Made by a program: the position numbers and the translations under genes. A DNA stretch of 64,000 nt from Squalus acanthias (Eukaryota). This document shows positions 1 through 12,328 of the stretch, one piece after another. How positions within the stretch are numbered: position 1 is the stretch's first letter; every line of letters begins with the position of its first letter. The DNA lies in assembly GCA_030390025.1 (NCBI GenBank), contig CM059432.1, positions 136,836,001-136,900,000 on the forward strand, in the 5' to 3' direction. Under the pieces are notes generated by a model. The model had not been told where the DNA came from. It worked only from the letters and a program-made list of their open reading frames with translations, and did no database searches.

Positions 1-169
1 ATTCAGTCCATTTATGCTGTCAGTGTTCTGGTGAAAACTTTTAAGCTGTCGTTTCTCTTTCTAAGAAGCTGAAGGTCCATTATGGGTGGATTTTATTTCC
101 CGATGCACGTGCTCTGAGCTATGACCAATTTTCCTGAGTCTTCAAATTCCACTGGTCGATATTGGTGTG

Positions 170-510
170 CGGATGATTAAAACGAGGCCCCGTCTGCCCT
201 CTCAGGTGAACGCAAAAGATCCCATGGCCAGTATTTTGAAGAAGAGCAGGGGAGTTCTCCCCGGTGTCCTGGCCAATATTTATCCCTCAACCAACGTTGC
301 CGCGTTTCCTACATTACAACAGTGACTGCCAACATTCCCGCTAAGCTGCAAGGTCACTCAGCCAGTTAAAGGGACCGTGCACGAAAAAAAAATGAGAGGG
401 AACATTGGTGACTACACTTCAAAAGTACTTAGTTGGCTATAAAGCACTTTGGGATGTCCTGAGGTCGTGCAAGGCGCTATATAAATGCAAGTCTGTCTAT
501 CTTTCTTTCT
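170..510 (+). mobile_element. Deu-domain SINE (SacSINE1/AmnSINE1-like), 5'-truncated, interrupted by a hAT MITE
   Basis: Deu core GAGGCCCCGTCTGCCCTCTCAGGTG...GATCCCATGGC...GAAGAAGAGCAGGGGAGTTCTCCCCGGTGTCCTGGCCAATATTTATCCCTC; 3' end GGCGCTATATAAATGCAAGTC plus (TTTC)n tail; many copies in window. Confidence 0.8.
330..407. mobile_element. 78-bp hAT-type MITE
   Basis: Imperfect TIRs CAACATTCCCGCT / AGAGGGAACATTG; 8-bp TSD GTGACTGC (322-329) / GTGACTAC (408-415); removing it restores the SINE sequence ACAGTGACTACACTTC seen in other copies. Confidence 0.8.
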
Positions 511-1104
511 AAGTGTCTGTATTCACCTTCTTTGTCCACCATCTTATCGGAGACATTAAGCAGTATCATTTTAATCTGTTAACACAGTCATTAAAAAGAT
601 AGACAAAGGAATTTTTTTACAAACACATTAATTGCTTGTCTTCTAATATTACATCATCATTTCAAGGACCTAATGCTTTCTCTTAACTTAACTTAACACA
701 AAAGGCACAACAAAACCTCACCATTTGAATCTGGTTGACCTTTTGACCTTTCTGAGGCTGGATTCTGGTCTACACTGCAGTGTTTTTTTTTGAGGGGGGC
801 AGAAAACGATCCTTGCAAGTCGTCAGAAACGTATTTAAAGCCGATTTTTCAGGATAGTAATTTGGAAATTGGAAATAAAATGACTTAGTTAATCAGAGAT
901 ACAAGCTGCCCAGGTGATATCTTTCTGTACGATGGTGCTAATTTGAGTAAAATAACATTGGTTTCTAGAGCTAAATTATGTTCATGTGAAGCAGCACATA
1001 CTATAATGGCGACATTCGTAGATTTTACAAATATCGTAATGGAACCCTATCTACTTTCCCTCCCTCCACCCATTGCTGCTGCAAAGGAGACAGAAATATT
1101 ACAG

Positions 1105-1572
1105 AAAATAGAGATGGTGCAAAAAGGATTTACAAGGATGATACCAGAGCTGAGAGTTTATAACTATCAGGAAAGACTGAACAGGCTGGGGCTCTTTTCT
1201 CTAGAAAAGAGACAATTGAGAGGTGAGCTCATAGAGGTCTTTAAAATTAGGAAAGGGTTCGATAGGATAGATGTAGAGAAGATGTTTCCACTTGTGGGAG
1301 AGTCCAAATCTAGGGGCTATAAATATAAGATAGTCTCTCATAAATCCAATAAGGAAAGAAACTTCTTCACTCAGAGAGTGGTTAGAATGTGGAACACAGG
1401 GACTGGTTGAGGCAAATAGCATAGATGCATTTAAGGGGAAGCTAGATAAGTACATGAGAGAGAAAGGAATGGAAGGTTATGTTGATAGAGTTAGATGAAG
1501 AGGGGAGGATCTTGTGGAGCATAAACACCAGCATAGATCAGTTGGGCCGAATGGCCTGTTTCTATGCTGTTC
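1105..1572 (+). mobile_element. CR1 LINE 3' fragment
   Basis: ORF2 C-terminal motifs ERLNRLGLFSLEKRQLRGELIEVFKI and NFFTQRVV; 3' UTR GGGCCGAATGGCCTGTTTCT. Confidence 0.9.
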
Positions 1573-1867
1573 AAAAATGCTGCCCGTAATGGAATTCACA
1601 TCACAAGAATCTCCAGTGGAAAGTCGTTACAAATCTGGGATCCATCCCAAGTTGGATGCAAGCCTATCCTTGTGGATTGCCACAAGGTGAGTTTCTGAAA
1701 ATAGTTAAATTGTTTAGCTAAAGCAAGAAAAAACTTCAAAGGGAGGGATAGACTGAAGGGGAAATTAACCTGGGACATTCTAGCAGCCTGCTAAAGGGCA
1801 GGGCTGGGAAAGGCCAAGGATTCCTTTTCTGTCCATCGAATTGGCGAATGGCATATGATGTTAGTGA

Positions 1868-2315
1868 AAGAGAGAAAGAAAGAGAGAGAGAAAGAAAGAG
1901 AGAGAGAAAGAAAGAGAGAAAGAAGGAAAGAAAGAAAGAAAGAAAGAAAGAAAGAAATGAATGCAGCAGCCAATTTGCACACAGCCAGGCTTTATATTCA
2001 GCAATGAGATAAATATTCAGATAAACTAACTTTAGGTGTTGGTTGAGGGATAAATATTAGCCAGGACACCAGGGAGAACTCTGCTGCTCTTCTTTGAATA
2101 GTGCCATGGGATCTTTCACGCCCACCTGAGAGGGCAGACGGGGCTTTGGTTTAACGTCTCATCCAAAAGATGGCACCTCCAACAGTGCAGCACTCCCTCA
2201 GTACTGCACTGGAGTGTCAGCCTAGATTAGTGCTCAAGTCTCTGGAGTGAGGCTTGAATCCACAGCCTTCTGATTTAGGAGGCGAGAGTGCTACCAACTG
2301 AGCCACAACTAACAC
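1868..2315 (-). mobile_element. Deu-domain SINE with (GAAA/GA)n tail
   Basis: Reverse complement of Deu core and tRNA-like head; purine microsatellite at 1868-1957. Confidence 0.8.
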
Positions 2316-2664
2316 ACAGTGAGTATAGTGGATATGGAAGATCAGGGATCTATAAAAACCTGCTCCCCCCACCTTCCCCCCAATCCAACCAAAAGATCAC
2401 ACCTTAGAGTACATGCTCCATTTACTTTATCTTTGTTGTATGAGTCTTCTGGGCTCTTGACTGAATCCTTTGACAGCTGAAATCATGTAGGGAACACACG
2501 TTCCACACTCGTAGATCCAGAATTATACACTATGGTGAGCAAAAGTGTTTAGAGGGAATATTAAATGCAGAGGAGGTTTTTTATTTTAAAGCACAGAGCT
2601 GGGTTTGAATCCAGCACAGACTGACAGATTATAGAATAAAGGGCTTTTCTTTTTGGTGACTGTT

Positions 2665-2910
2665 TTGGTGTCCTGGGCCAATATTTATCCCTCAACCAAC
2701 ATCACTAAAGCAGATTATCTGGTCATTATCACATTGCTGTTTGTGGAACCTTGCTGTGCGTAAATTGGCTACCGCGTTTCCTACATTACAACAGTGACTA
2801 CACTTCAAAAAGTACTTCATTGGCTGTAAAGCGCTTTGGGACATCCGGTAGTCGTGAAAGGCGCTTTATAAATAAATGTATGTATGTATGTATGTCTTTC
2901 TGTCTGTCTG
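2665..2910 (+). mobile_element. Deu-domain SINE 3' half
   Basis: GGCCAATATTTATCCCTCAACCAACATCAC...GGCGCTTTATAAAT followed by (TATG)n. Confidence 0.8.
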
Positions 2911-4158
2911 TTAAGGGCCTTTAACAAATTGAGTTTGGAAATTCTTAACCCAGTTCCCAATAGATGTGACTCCATGACACAAAACTGCTCATAATTTGGC
3001 ACAAATTGGCTCTAATTGGCACTAACTGGGCAATCTCACTTACAGAGGCCATAAGAATAACTGGTAGGGGAAATGAAAGTAGTAATAGGGGTAGCATTTC
3101 TGACATGGTTGCAAAAGATAGATCAAGTGTTCCTCTTCCCCGAACTGTAATCTTTCTGTTTGAGGGGCAAAGATTTACCCCATATATAAATAAAACGATA
3201 TAACAAAACTGCCATCTATCTAGGCAACGGGTACACCCAACAGAGGTAATGTTCCCATCAAGTCATCTGGCTTATTTTATGGGAGGCAACCTGCCATTTA
3301 TTTTAAATACAAGCCAGAAAGATTGGCAGAGATTTTTGTAAAAATGAATCGGGCTTACAAGGATACACTGTAGTGTGTTTTATGTGAGTTCATTTAACAA
3401 AGGCCTCCGCAAACAATGATTAACTTAGACATTATTGGAACATTAAAATATTATAGAAAATAGGTTGTGCTTTTACAATGGGTGTTTGATCAATGGGTGT
3501 TAACACAGTACAGTGCAATATGAAATTTATCACATGGTCTGATAACACAATGGGCATTACCTCTCTTTCTCTGACTACTGAATGGCTGTTGAAATACCCT
3601 GACTATATTCAGTTAAAGTGTAAAAATAGATTTTTCCCATATAGTCACTGACACTTGACAGAATATTTGCGTTCTGAGAACAGTCATAGAACTAAAGATC
3701 CGTACTAACATTTGCCAGTGAAGGATGCGCCACTAAGGGAGAGAACGAGATGGTAAACTTAAAATTGCAAACTCTGCAAAGAAGATTTTCAAGATTGAGG
3801 CCAGTTATGTTTGGAAAGAGCAAGAATCAGTATGGGCCTATTGACAGAAGGTGCCAGCTTGCAGAGATCGGCTCGTTTACCATGTAGCGTCAGGTTTATT
3901 GATTCTACTTGAAATGGGTCTCTCGTCCACAGGGCCCTCGGCATGGTAGATCTACCCCATTTGCGTGGCGGGGCAGATTCAATAGCACCATGGCAATACA
4001 AGATAGCCATGCACGCGCAGTCATTTGAAAGTTGCAGTTACAACCACGCCTTCCTCGTTGGCTGTTCCGTCACAATTGTCTCGCAACACTACTGCCAAAG
4101 TCTGATCTGCCACCAGCAACACAAGTGTGGGGATTTTTCCCTTATTGGCTATGAAGGG

Positions 4159-4523
4159 TAGGGGTTGCCAACCCTCCAGGATTGGCCTGCTGTCTCCAGG
4201 AATTGAAGATTAATCTCCAGGACACTACTGCGAGCAAAACCCCAGGAGAAAAATCACTGGGGGCGTAAAAAAAAAACTGTGTGCATGGTTTTTTTTTCAT
4301 TTTCTTTGAACACTTTTTTTCATTAATTATAAAAATATTGCAGATGGGAAATAAAACTGGCCAGTCAAGAATCAGCCAATGGGCTTTCCAATTGGCATGG
4401 GAAAGCTGTGAGGATGGACATGTAGGGCGACCAATAGCGGGAGCCATGAGGCGGGGCAGTTGGAAGCAGGCAGTCAGATAATGAAACCTCCAGGAATAGA
4501 TGCAACCAAAGTTGGCAACACTA
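4159..4523. mobile_element. Non-autonomous hAT (Blackjack-type termini) DNA transposon
   Basis: TIRs TAGGGGTTGCCAAC / GTTGGCAACACTA; perfect 8-bp TSD ATGAAGGG at 4151-4158 and 4524-4531. Confidence 0.85.
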
Positions 4524-4754
4524 ATGAAGGGGGGAATTTCTAGCCTAAATCCCCAAATTTTGCAATATGGTAAAAAACAAAATGTGAAAAGCTTCCATCC
4601 TTTTCCTTTCCCTTGTTCTTTCTTTCTCTCTCTCAATATCTAGAGGGACATATTCTTCAGCAAGATAGAATGTATAAGCACATATGGATACCCAAACCTG
4701 CACGAAAACATATGGGATACTCGACAGAAATGATTGCGATACCAATTTTATTTC

Positions 4755-5017
4755 TGCTGGTTGGGGAGTCTAGGACTAGGGTGCATAGTCCAAAAATTAG
4801 AGCCAGGCCTTTCAGGAGCGAAGTTAGATACAGCAATTGGTGCTGAGTCAATTGTTAATTTTAAATCTGAGATTGATAGATTTTTGTTAACCAAAGGTAT
4901 GAAGGGATATGGGGCAAAGGCGGGTATATGGAGTTAGGTCACAGATCAGCCATGATCTCATTGAATGGCGGAACAGGCTCGAGGGGCTAAATGACCTCCT
5001 CCTGTTCCTATGTTCCT
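4755..5017 (+). mobile_element. CR1 LINE 3' fragment
   Basis: GESRTRVH..IRARPFRSE and FKSEIDRFL motifs; (TGTTCCTA)n tail. Confidence 0.8.
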
Positions 5018-5507
5018 ATTTGTCTGCTTTGTCTGACTTCTTAGTTTATAAGTAACAAAGGTATATGTGAACTACACAGTGGGATAAACAAGGTATAATT
5101 CTCACTTATGTTAAATATTCTGTTTAAAACAAGTAGCTTGCATTTTATTCTCTAAAGAAAATTGTTGGCTGGGGGGGGTTCTGTCTGTTTTTATTGAACA
5201 AAGATTTGTGTTTTTCTGTATGTGTAACCATATCATAAACTGGTTTAGAAATAGGATTACAATTTGATTACACTGAGTGCACAAAGAAAATCTTCCTCCT
5301 TGTAATTATTCCGTGGAGAAATACGAAAAAGGTTTTACGTTTCGGTGGCTTACGCAACGAGGGGTGGTACAGGGGTGTCGATTGGAGGATTATGTGACAG
5401 CAGTCAGTTACTCCGATGGGGTCAGTGGCGGAGGTCACCAGTGGCTGTGATCGCAGCATAATTGTTGGGATTGTTGGCCAGCGGGTTTGCTGGACCCCAT
5501 GTTGTAA

Positions 5508-6008
5508 ATGAAGATTCACCAGACTGATACCTGGGATGGCAGGAATGACGTATGAGGAGAGATTGGGTCGATTAGGCTTATATTCGCTAGAGTTTAGAAG
5601 AATGAGAGGGGATCTCATTGAAACTTATAAAATTCTAACAGGACTAGACAGACTAGATGCAGGAAGGATGTTCCCGATGGCGGGGAGTCCAGAGCTAGGG
5701 GTCACAGTCTAAGGATAAGGGGTAAGCCATTCAGGACAGAGATGAGGAGGAATTTCTTCACCCAGAGAGTGGTGAACCTGTGGAATTCTCTACCACACAA
5801 GGCAGTTAAGGCCAATTCATTAAATATATTCAAGAAGGAGTTAGATATATTTCTTAAGGCTATAGGGATCAAGGGATATGGGGAGAAAGCAGGGACAGGG
5901 TACTGAATTTGGACGATCAGCCATGATCTCATTAAATGGTGGAACAGGCTCGAGGGGCCGAATGGCCAACTCCTGCTCCTATCTTCTATGTCTATGTTTC
6001 TATGTTTC
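5508..6008 (+). mobile_element. CR1 LINE 3' fragment, same subfamily as the long copy at ~50 kb
   Basis: Near-identical to the reverse complement of 49960-50450; (TATGTTTC)n tail. Confidence 0.9.
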
Positions 6009-6009
6009 T

Positions 6010-6260
6010 AATTCTAATGGCAAAAGAACCAGAGGGAAGATGAGGAGAATTTTTTGTTATGCAGCGAGTTGTTATGACCTGGAATGCACTGCCTGAAAAG
6101 GTGGAGGAAGCAAATTCTATAGTAACTTTCAAAAGGGAATTGGATATATACTTGAAAAGGAAAAATTTGCAGGTCACTGGGGAAAGAGCGGGGGAGTGGG
6201 ACTAATTGGACAGCTCTTTCAAAGAGTTGGCACAGGCACGATGGGCCGAATGTCCTGTAA
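6010..6260 (+). mobile_element. CR1 LINE 3' fragment (second subfamily)
   Basis: TGGAATGCACTGCCTGAAA...TTTCAAAAGGGAATTGGAT...ATGGGCCGAATG. Confidence 0.8.
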
Positions 6261-6284
6261 TGCTCACTGCAATAAAAAGAGTAT

Positions 6285-7179
6285 GGGGGAGAAATTCAGT
6301 ATCGTCCCATTTGGGGCGCAATTATCGGCTGGGCGCAAAGATTAGCGCCTGGCGCTAATTATCGCCAACGACTGCACACTTGACTTTTATCGCCCCTGGA
6401 GGTGATTGGAGCGCTAAATCAGGCGCTTCACACCTGTCTTAAGGCGCAAAGGCCGAGGAGCGAGGCGCTACCTCAGAGCGCTGGCGAAGCTCATGTGATG
6501 TCAGTCAGCAACGGAACACACACACACAATGGCACGGGCCAGTTCTTAAAGGGGATGGTTGATCTTGCTTTCCATCCACATCCTGCTCATTGCAGCCTTG
6601 AATCTCGGCCTGGAGAGACCTGCACATCAAATCTGCTGGAAAGAACAATGGAGAGTACCAGGGAAAGAGCTCAGAGTGCAGCCCCCGCAGTCTCTTCTAA
6701 ATCGATACAAGGAATGGCAAATCAAAATGAACCTGCAAAGTGCTGCTCAGTACCCAAAACTCCTTCACACAGCATTGAATCTCTCCAGAAGACTCTCTCC
6801 CTCTCTCTCAGAATGTGTGGTTCAAAAATGGCACCAACAATAAAAGGCAGGAAGCGGTCGCCTTTAAATAGCGCTCCCCCAGTCCCTTCATGACTGCAAA
6901 ACGCTCCCCTCAACATGTCGTTGCTAGCGTCAGGCGGTAAGGCAGGGGGCGCCACTCAATATCCGCTCCGGGGCGATACCGGGGCGTTGCGCACTCGACT
7001 GACGTCACGATCTGCCGGCGCAGGAGATCGTGGCGGTAGTGTTTAGCGCCGCCGCAAAGTGTCTAGTTAATTTCGCGAGCAGCGCAAACATCGCCGCGCC
7101 TGGGCGCTAGATGATTTGCGCCCCATTAGCGCCCTCTTAAGGCGCTAACGGGAGGCGCAACCAACTGAATTTTTCCCCC
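6285..7179 (+). mobile_element. Non-autonomous PIF/Harbinger element, family A copy 1 (895 bp)
   Basis: TIRs GGGGGAGAAATTCAGT / ACTGAATTTTTCCCCC; 3-bp TSD TAT; colinear with both ends of the 58096-62255 element. Confidence 0.92.
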
Positions 7180-7232
7180 TATGAATTTAATTGCTTATCT
7201 GAAAGCACTTTGGAGATTAGACTTCTCCTTTG

Positions 7233-7550
7233 TTAAGATGTTTCCCCTGGCTGGAGAGCCTAGAACCAGGGGTTACAGTCTCAGAATAAGGGGTCGACCA
7301 TTTAGGACTGAGATCAGGAGAAATTTCTTCACTCAAAGGGTGGTGAATCTTAGGAATTCTCTGCCCCAGCGGGCTGTGGAGGCTCAGTCATTGAGTATAT
7401 TCAATACAGAGATCGATAGAGTTTTGGATACTAAGGGAATATGGGGATCGGGGCGGGAAGGTAGAAGATCAGCCATGATCTTATTGAATGGCAGAGCAGG
7501 CTCGAGGGGCTGTATGGCCTACTCCTGCTCCTGCTCCTGTTGCCTATGTT
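7233..7550 (+). mobile_element. CR1 LINE 3' fragment
   Basis: MFPLAGEPRTRGYSLRIRGRPFRTEIRRNFFTQRVV. Confidence 0.88.
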
Positions 7551-7727
7551 CTTCATACTCTCTCATCTTCCTTTCCTAATGTCCCTGTGTTATATCACAT
7601 TTGGAGGGCCAGGAGACAGATACTTGAGAATCAACTCCCGATTTTCTTTTACATAGCATCACACCGCCAATCCTCAACAGATACTGTGTGTGTGGGGGGA
7701 AGGGGGTTAAAGAAATGCTTGGCAATC

Positions 7728-8432
7728 AGTTACAAGTTAAATGATACAATTTTAAAGGGGGTGCAAGAACAGAGAGACCCTGGGGTGTTTGTGCACAAAT
7801 CTTTGAAGGTGACAGGACAGGTTAACAAAGTAGTTGATAAAGCATATGGGATCCTGGGCTTTATAAATAGAGGCTCAGAGTACAAAAGCCAGGAAGTGGT
7901 GTTAAACCTATATAAAACACTAGTTCTGGCCCCAGCTGGAGTATTGTGTCCAATTCTGGGCACCACAGTATAGGAAGGACGTGAAGGCTTTGGAGAGGAT
8001 ACAGAAGAGATTTACTAGAATGGTTCCAGGGATGAGGGATTACAGTTACGTGGATAGACTGGAGAAGCTGGGGTTGTTCTTCTTAGAGCAGAGAGGGCTA
8101 AGAGGAGATTTGATAGAGGTGTTCAAAATCATGAAGGTTTAGATAGAGTAAATAAAGAGAAACTTTCCAATGGCTGAAGGGTCGAGAACGAGAGGGCACA
8201 GATTTAAGGTGATTGGCAAAAGAACCAGAGGCGACATGAGGGAAAACTTTTTTACGCAACGAGTGGTTAGGATTTGGAATGCACTGCCTGATAGGGTGGT
8301 GGATACAGATTCAATAGTAGCTTTCAAAAGGGAATTGGATAAATACTTGAAGAAGAAAAAATTGCAGGAGCCGGCGCAGACTCGATGGGTCGAATGGCCT
8401 CCTTCTGTGCTGTACTATTCTATGATTCCATG
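7728..8432 (+). mobile_element. CR1 LINE ORF2 C-terminal fragment
   Basis: KAYGILGFINRG, LYKTLV, ENFFTQRVVRIWNALP; ATTCTATG-type tail. Confidence 0.9.
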
Positions 8433-9060
8433 ATAAACGAACAGCAAACATTACAACCACACTGATCCCAATGCTTATTAAGTGTGTGGGATACAATGAA
8501 GGGTCATTTGTTTTCAAGCGGGTGGGATATATTGAGGGGTAATGAAAGGGATCTCTACACAAAAGTCCCCTTTAACTACCCATCAATACATCCCATACCC
8601 TTTATATTCTGTTGCATTCCTAATATTTGTGACTTAATTCTATGATTAACAGGCTGATTATCTGCAATCATTTCTGCCCCCTCTATGGTTTCATAGATTG
8701 TTTAGTTTTATTTTTTTAATTTTGTTTTATTTTCGTTATATTTGAAGTACATTCATTTTAGTGGAGTCGTCGAGCTGGGTGAAGGAAGTTTCTCACAGCA
8801 TGCCCACTCCATAACTTGTTTAGGAAAATGGAGTTAAGCTGTTTGAGGAGGTGCTAGATCCCACCAGACCACATCTGGACAGCATGCAATTCAGGTGCTT
8901 AAAGGCAAGTGGGCAGAACCGAAATACTGGCATGTTTCAAACGCTGTGCTGAAGGAACCATGTACACTCTGTTCTCCAATGCAAAATAATTTCCAGAAGT
9001 GGTGATGAGCCCCCTTTCAAATCAGCTCCTAAGATAATTCAATATAATAAAAGGAGATTA

Positions 9061-9562
9061 TCATAGAGTCATAACGGCACAGAAGGAGGCCATTCAGCCC
9101 ATCGAGTCCGTGCCGGCTCTCTGTAGAGCAATCCAGTCAGTCCCATTCCCCCGCTCTATCCCCGTAGCCCTGCAAGTTTATTTCCCTTAAGTGCCTATCC
9201 AGTCTCCCCTTGAAAACATTGAGTGTCTCCGCTTCCACCACTTCCGTCGGCAGCGAGTTCCAAGTCCTCACCACTCGCTGCGTAAAAAAGTTTTTCCTCG
9301 CATCCCCCCTGTATCTCTTGCCCAAAACCTTAAATCTGTGTCCCCTGGTCCTTGTACAATCAACTAGCGGGAACAGCGTTTCCCCGTCTAGCCTATCCAA
9401 ACCCGTCATAATCTTGTACACCTCCATCAAATCACCCCTCAACCTCCTTTGCTCTAATGAAAACAAATCCAGCTTCTCCAACCTGTCCTTGTAGCTAAGA
9501 TCTCCCATCCCCGGAACCATTCTGGTAAATCTCCTCTGCACCCTCTCAAGGGCCTTCACATC
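9061..9562 (-). mobile_element. CR1 LINE 3' fragment
   Basis: ORF 9137..9559 KALERVQRRFTRMVPG...KNFFTQRVV; TATGACTC tail; same subfamily as 27360-27896. Confidence 0.9.
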
Positions 9563-9765
9563 GCTTTGAAAGAAGAAAATAAATCATTATAAGCATTGAA
9601 AAATGTTGTTGCAGGGATAACATAAACTGCAGCTTAGCCTAATGGTAGGTTTTCTGGTATCCTATCCTGCTCTGCTCCTTGTGGATTAATAGATGGATTC
9701 GGGAATGCTGGAGCTCCACCTTGTTCACTTAGTTTCCTTTCTTCACATCACACAGTTGAGTATCT

Positions 9766-10230
9766 CAAACAACAACTTGCATTTATCTAGCGCCTTTAAC
9801 GTAGTAAAACGTTCCAAGGTGCTTCACAGGAGTGATTATCAAACAAAATTTGACACCGAGCCACATAAGAGATATATTAGGACAGATGAAAGAAGTAGGT
9901 TTTAAGGAGCATCTTAAAGGAGGAGAGAGAGGTAGGGAAGTTTAGGGAGGGAATTCCAGAGCTTTGGGCCCAGGCAGCTGAAGGCACGGCTGCCAATGGT
10001 GGAGCGATTAAAATCTTGAATGCGCAAGAGGCCCGAATTGAGGAGTGCAGAGATCTCGGAGGGTTGTAGGGCTGCAGGAGGTTACAGAGATAGAGAGCGA
10101 GGCCATGCAGGGATTTGAGAACAAGGATGAGAATTTTTAAATCGAGGCGTTGTCGGACGGGGAGCCAATGTAGGTCAGCGAGCACAGGGGTGATGTTTGA
10201 ACGGGACTTGGTGCGAGTTAGGATACGGGC
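9766..10230 (-). mobile_element. L2 LINE 3' fragment
   Basis: LADLHWLPVRQRLDLKILILV motif; (CAA)n tail. Confidence 0.85.
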
Positions 10231-10614
10231 AGCAGATTAGCGACACACAACACTGGCGCACCGCCACCACCCCCCCCCCTCCCCCTCCCCCCACCCCCCC
10301 AGCTTTTGCAGGGCACCGTCTGAGCTGTGGATATGGTCTGGCTTTCATTTGATTTACCATGCAGGCTTCAATAACGTAAATACTCTCATTTCAGAATTGG
10401 AATAACCTATGGAAATTTGAAGGCAAATAGGCTAGTTTAAAAGTATTTGTTCCATTCTAGTGTCACAATGAGAGCAGCTTGAATTGCTGTAAAGGAGACA
10501 ATTTAACCTTTAAAAGTAGTTAATTAGGTTTAAAAATAAACAGAAATCTGACCACATTACCAACTGGATAACTTTTACAAACCACTCTTTCATGCCAAAT
10601 CTTAGGAGGCAATA

Positions 10615-10629
10615 CTGCCATCTAGTGAC
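10615..10629 (-). promoter_or_regulatory. Candidate CTCF site
   Basis: Reverse complement GTCACTAGATGGCAG fits the CCACYAGRKGGCR core with one mismatch. Confidence 0.4.
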
Positions 10630-10876
10630 TAAGAGAGACAGGTTTTACTTTGACTATAGCAGCCCCTCAATGTAAAGACTGATATGTGCCATGACCTCTC
10701 ACGTAACACACAATGTTATAGCTCCCTCAGTAATACAGGAACCATATCAACACCTCGCCCATAACATGTCCTCTTTCCATGGCGTCCTTACAGTACAGCT
10801 TCCAGTGAGAGTATTGTGGAGAAGCTTCCCTGTATTGTATCTGAGACCCTGTTACTCAGAAACTGAGAACGTAACT

Positions 10877-10878
10877 AC

Positions 10879-10910
<32 letters not shown>

Positions 10911-10916
10911 CACACA
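10877..10916. repeat. (TA)n/(CA)n microsatellite
   Basis: Read directly. Confidence 0.9.
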
Positions 10917-11768
10917 TGAATAGCAGATAATGAAAAATATTACTTCAGATATTGCTTCAAGATTTGTAACTCAAACGCTATGCATTCTGCTGCCTGTATC
11001 TTGCTGTGCAGAATTAGAGGCAACTGTCTTATGATATACACAGCTCTAGGACAAAATCCATGTGTCAAATAGAAGCTCTTTGGGAGTTTATTAACGCGCT
11101 CTCTCATTTGTTTAAGTCGTATCTCATTTCAATACTGAACACCGACTGGTTCAAAGGTACCCTCAATCCTCAATTAAGGACAGTTGAGTGCAAATGCTTT
11201 GGACCAATCTCGATGATGTCACATTGTGTGGCGCGGTGACCTACTGAATCAAACAGAGACAGGAGGGGAGGGCTGTATCGACAAGGGCAGTGCCTAGTAA
11301 ATAAAAGTGTAAAACGACTAACAAGTGTGGAATGGGAAGGTTATCTTTTGCCTGAAGGGAGACCAATAATGGCCTTCGAGTTTCCTGTCTCACCAAACTG
11401 AGGGTCGGCTGGGAGATTGACAAACCCAACCTTCGGTCTCATCTTTCATTCAGCTAGCCTGCCCACACATTGCAGAGATGCTATTTAACTTCTTAGCGGC
11501 CAGTGACAAATTGACTCATTGCGCTCGCACAATTAGATTGCGAGGTCCGCAGCACAGATTTTATGGCAAGTGAAATTTGTTCCAACTTATCAAGGCACCC
11601 AGTGAAAAGCACTTTCCGAATGATTAGTATCAGTACTGTACCTCTTATAAACTGCAGGTGCAACAAAAGGACCAAGGTGTTGGTCGAGGCTATGAAGGAG
11701 AATTGAGCTATTTGTGAAGCCAATTCATGGATCGGCATTTAGCCAATGATACTGCTGTAGCATTTCTG

Positions 11769-11827
11769 CCATTAGGTGGCAGAAGTGCACTTTGTGATGG
11801 AAAGACACAAGTGACATCTAGTGGCAG
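11769..11827. promoter_or_regulatory. Convergent pair of candidate CTCF sites
   Basis: CCATTAGGTGGCAG on + (11769-11782) and CTGCCACTAGATGTC on - (11813-11827), each with TGCTRTAG upstream. Confidence 0.45.
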
Positions 11828-11971
11828 GAGTTAAGTACTATAGCAGTTTGATCTACTGCATCAAAATGGTTAAATTTGTGTAACATAATGATGTCATCAC
11901 AGATGTAATAATGCAGGAGACAAAACTTTGCAGTCTGCAAAATAGGTGTAAACAAGGAAAGTTTCATTCTG

Positions 11972-12328
11972 CTTTCTCTGTAACCTCCTCCAGCCCTATA
12001 ACCCTCCGAGATCTCTGCACTCCTCCAATTCTGGCCTCTTGAGCATCTCCGATTTTCATCGCTCCACCATTGGTGGCCGTGCCTTCAGCTCCATGGGCTC
12101 TAAGCTCTGGAAAATCCCTCACTAAACCTCTCCGCCTTTCAACCTCTCTCTCTCCTCCTTTAAGACGCTCCTTAAAACCAACCCTTTTTCACCAAGCTAC
12201 TGGGCACCTGTCCTGCTTTCTCCTTATGTGGCTCGATGGCAAATTTTGTCTGATTACGCTCCTGCGAAGCTCCTTGGGATGTTTTACTACGTTAAAGGTG
12301 CTACATAAATGCAAGTTGTTGTTGTTGC
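11972..12328 (+). mobile_element. L2 LINE 3' fragment
   Basis: Matches 21235-21598; (GTT)n tail. Confidence 0.85.

Noticed and set aside
6402..6893. Repeated 126-163 aa ORFs in family A MITEs as a novel gene family
   Set aside because: Frames span the deletion junction and untranslated ends, and lengths differ between copies
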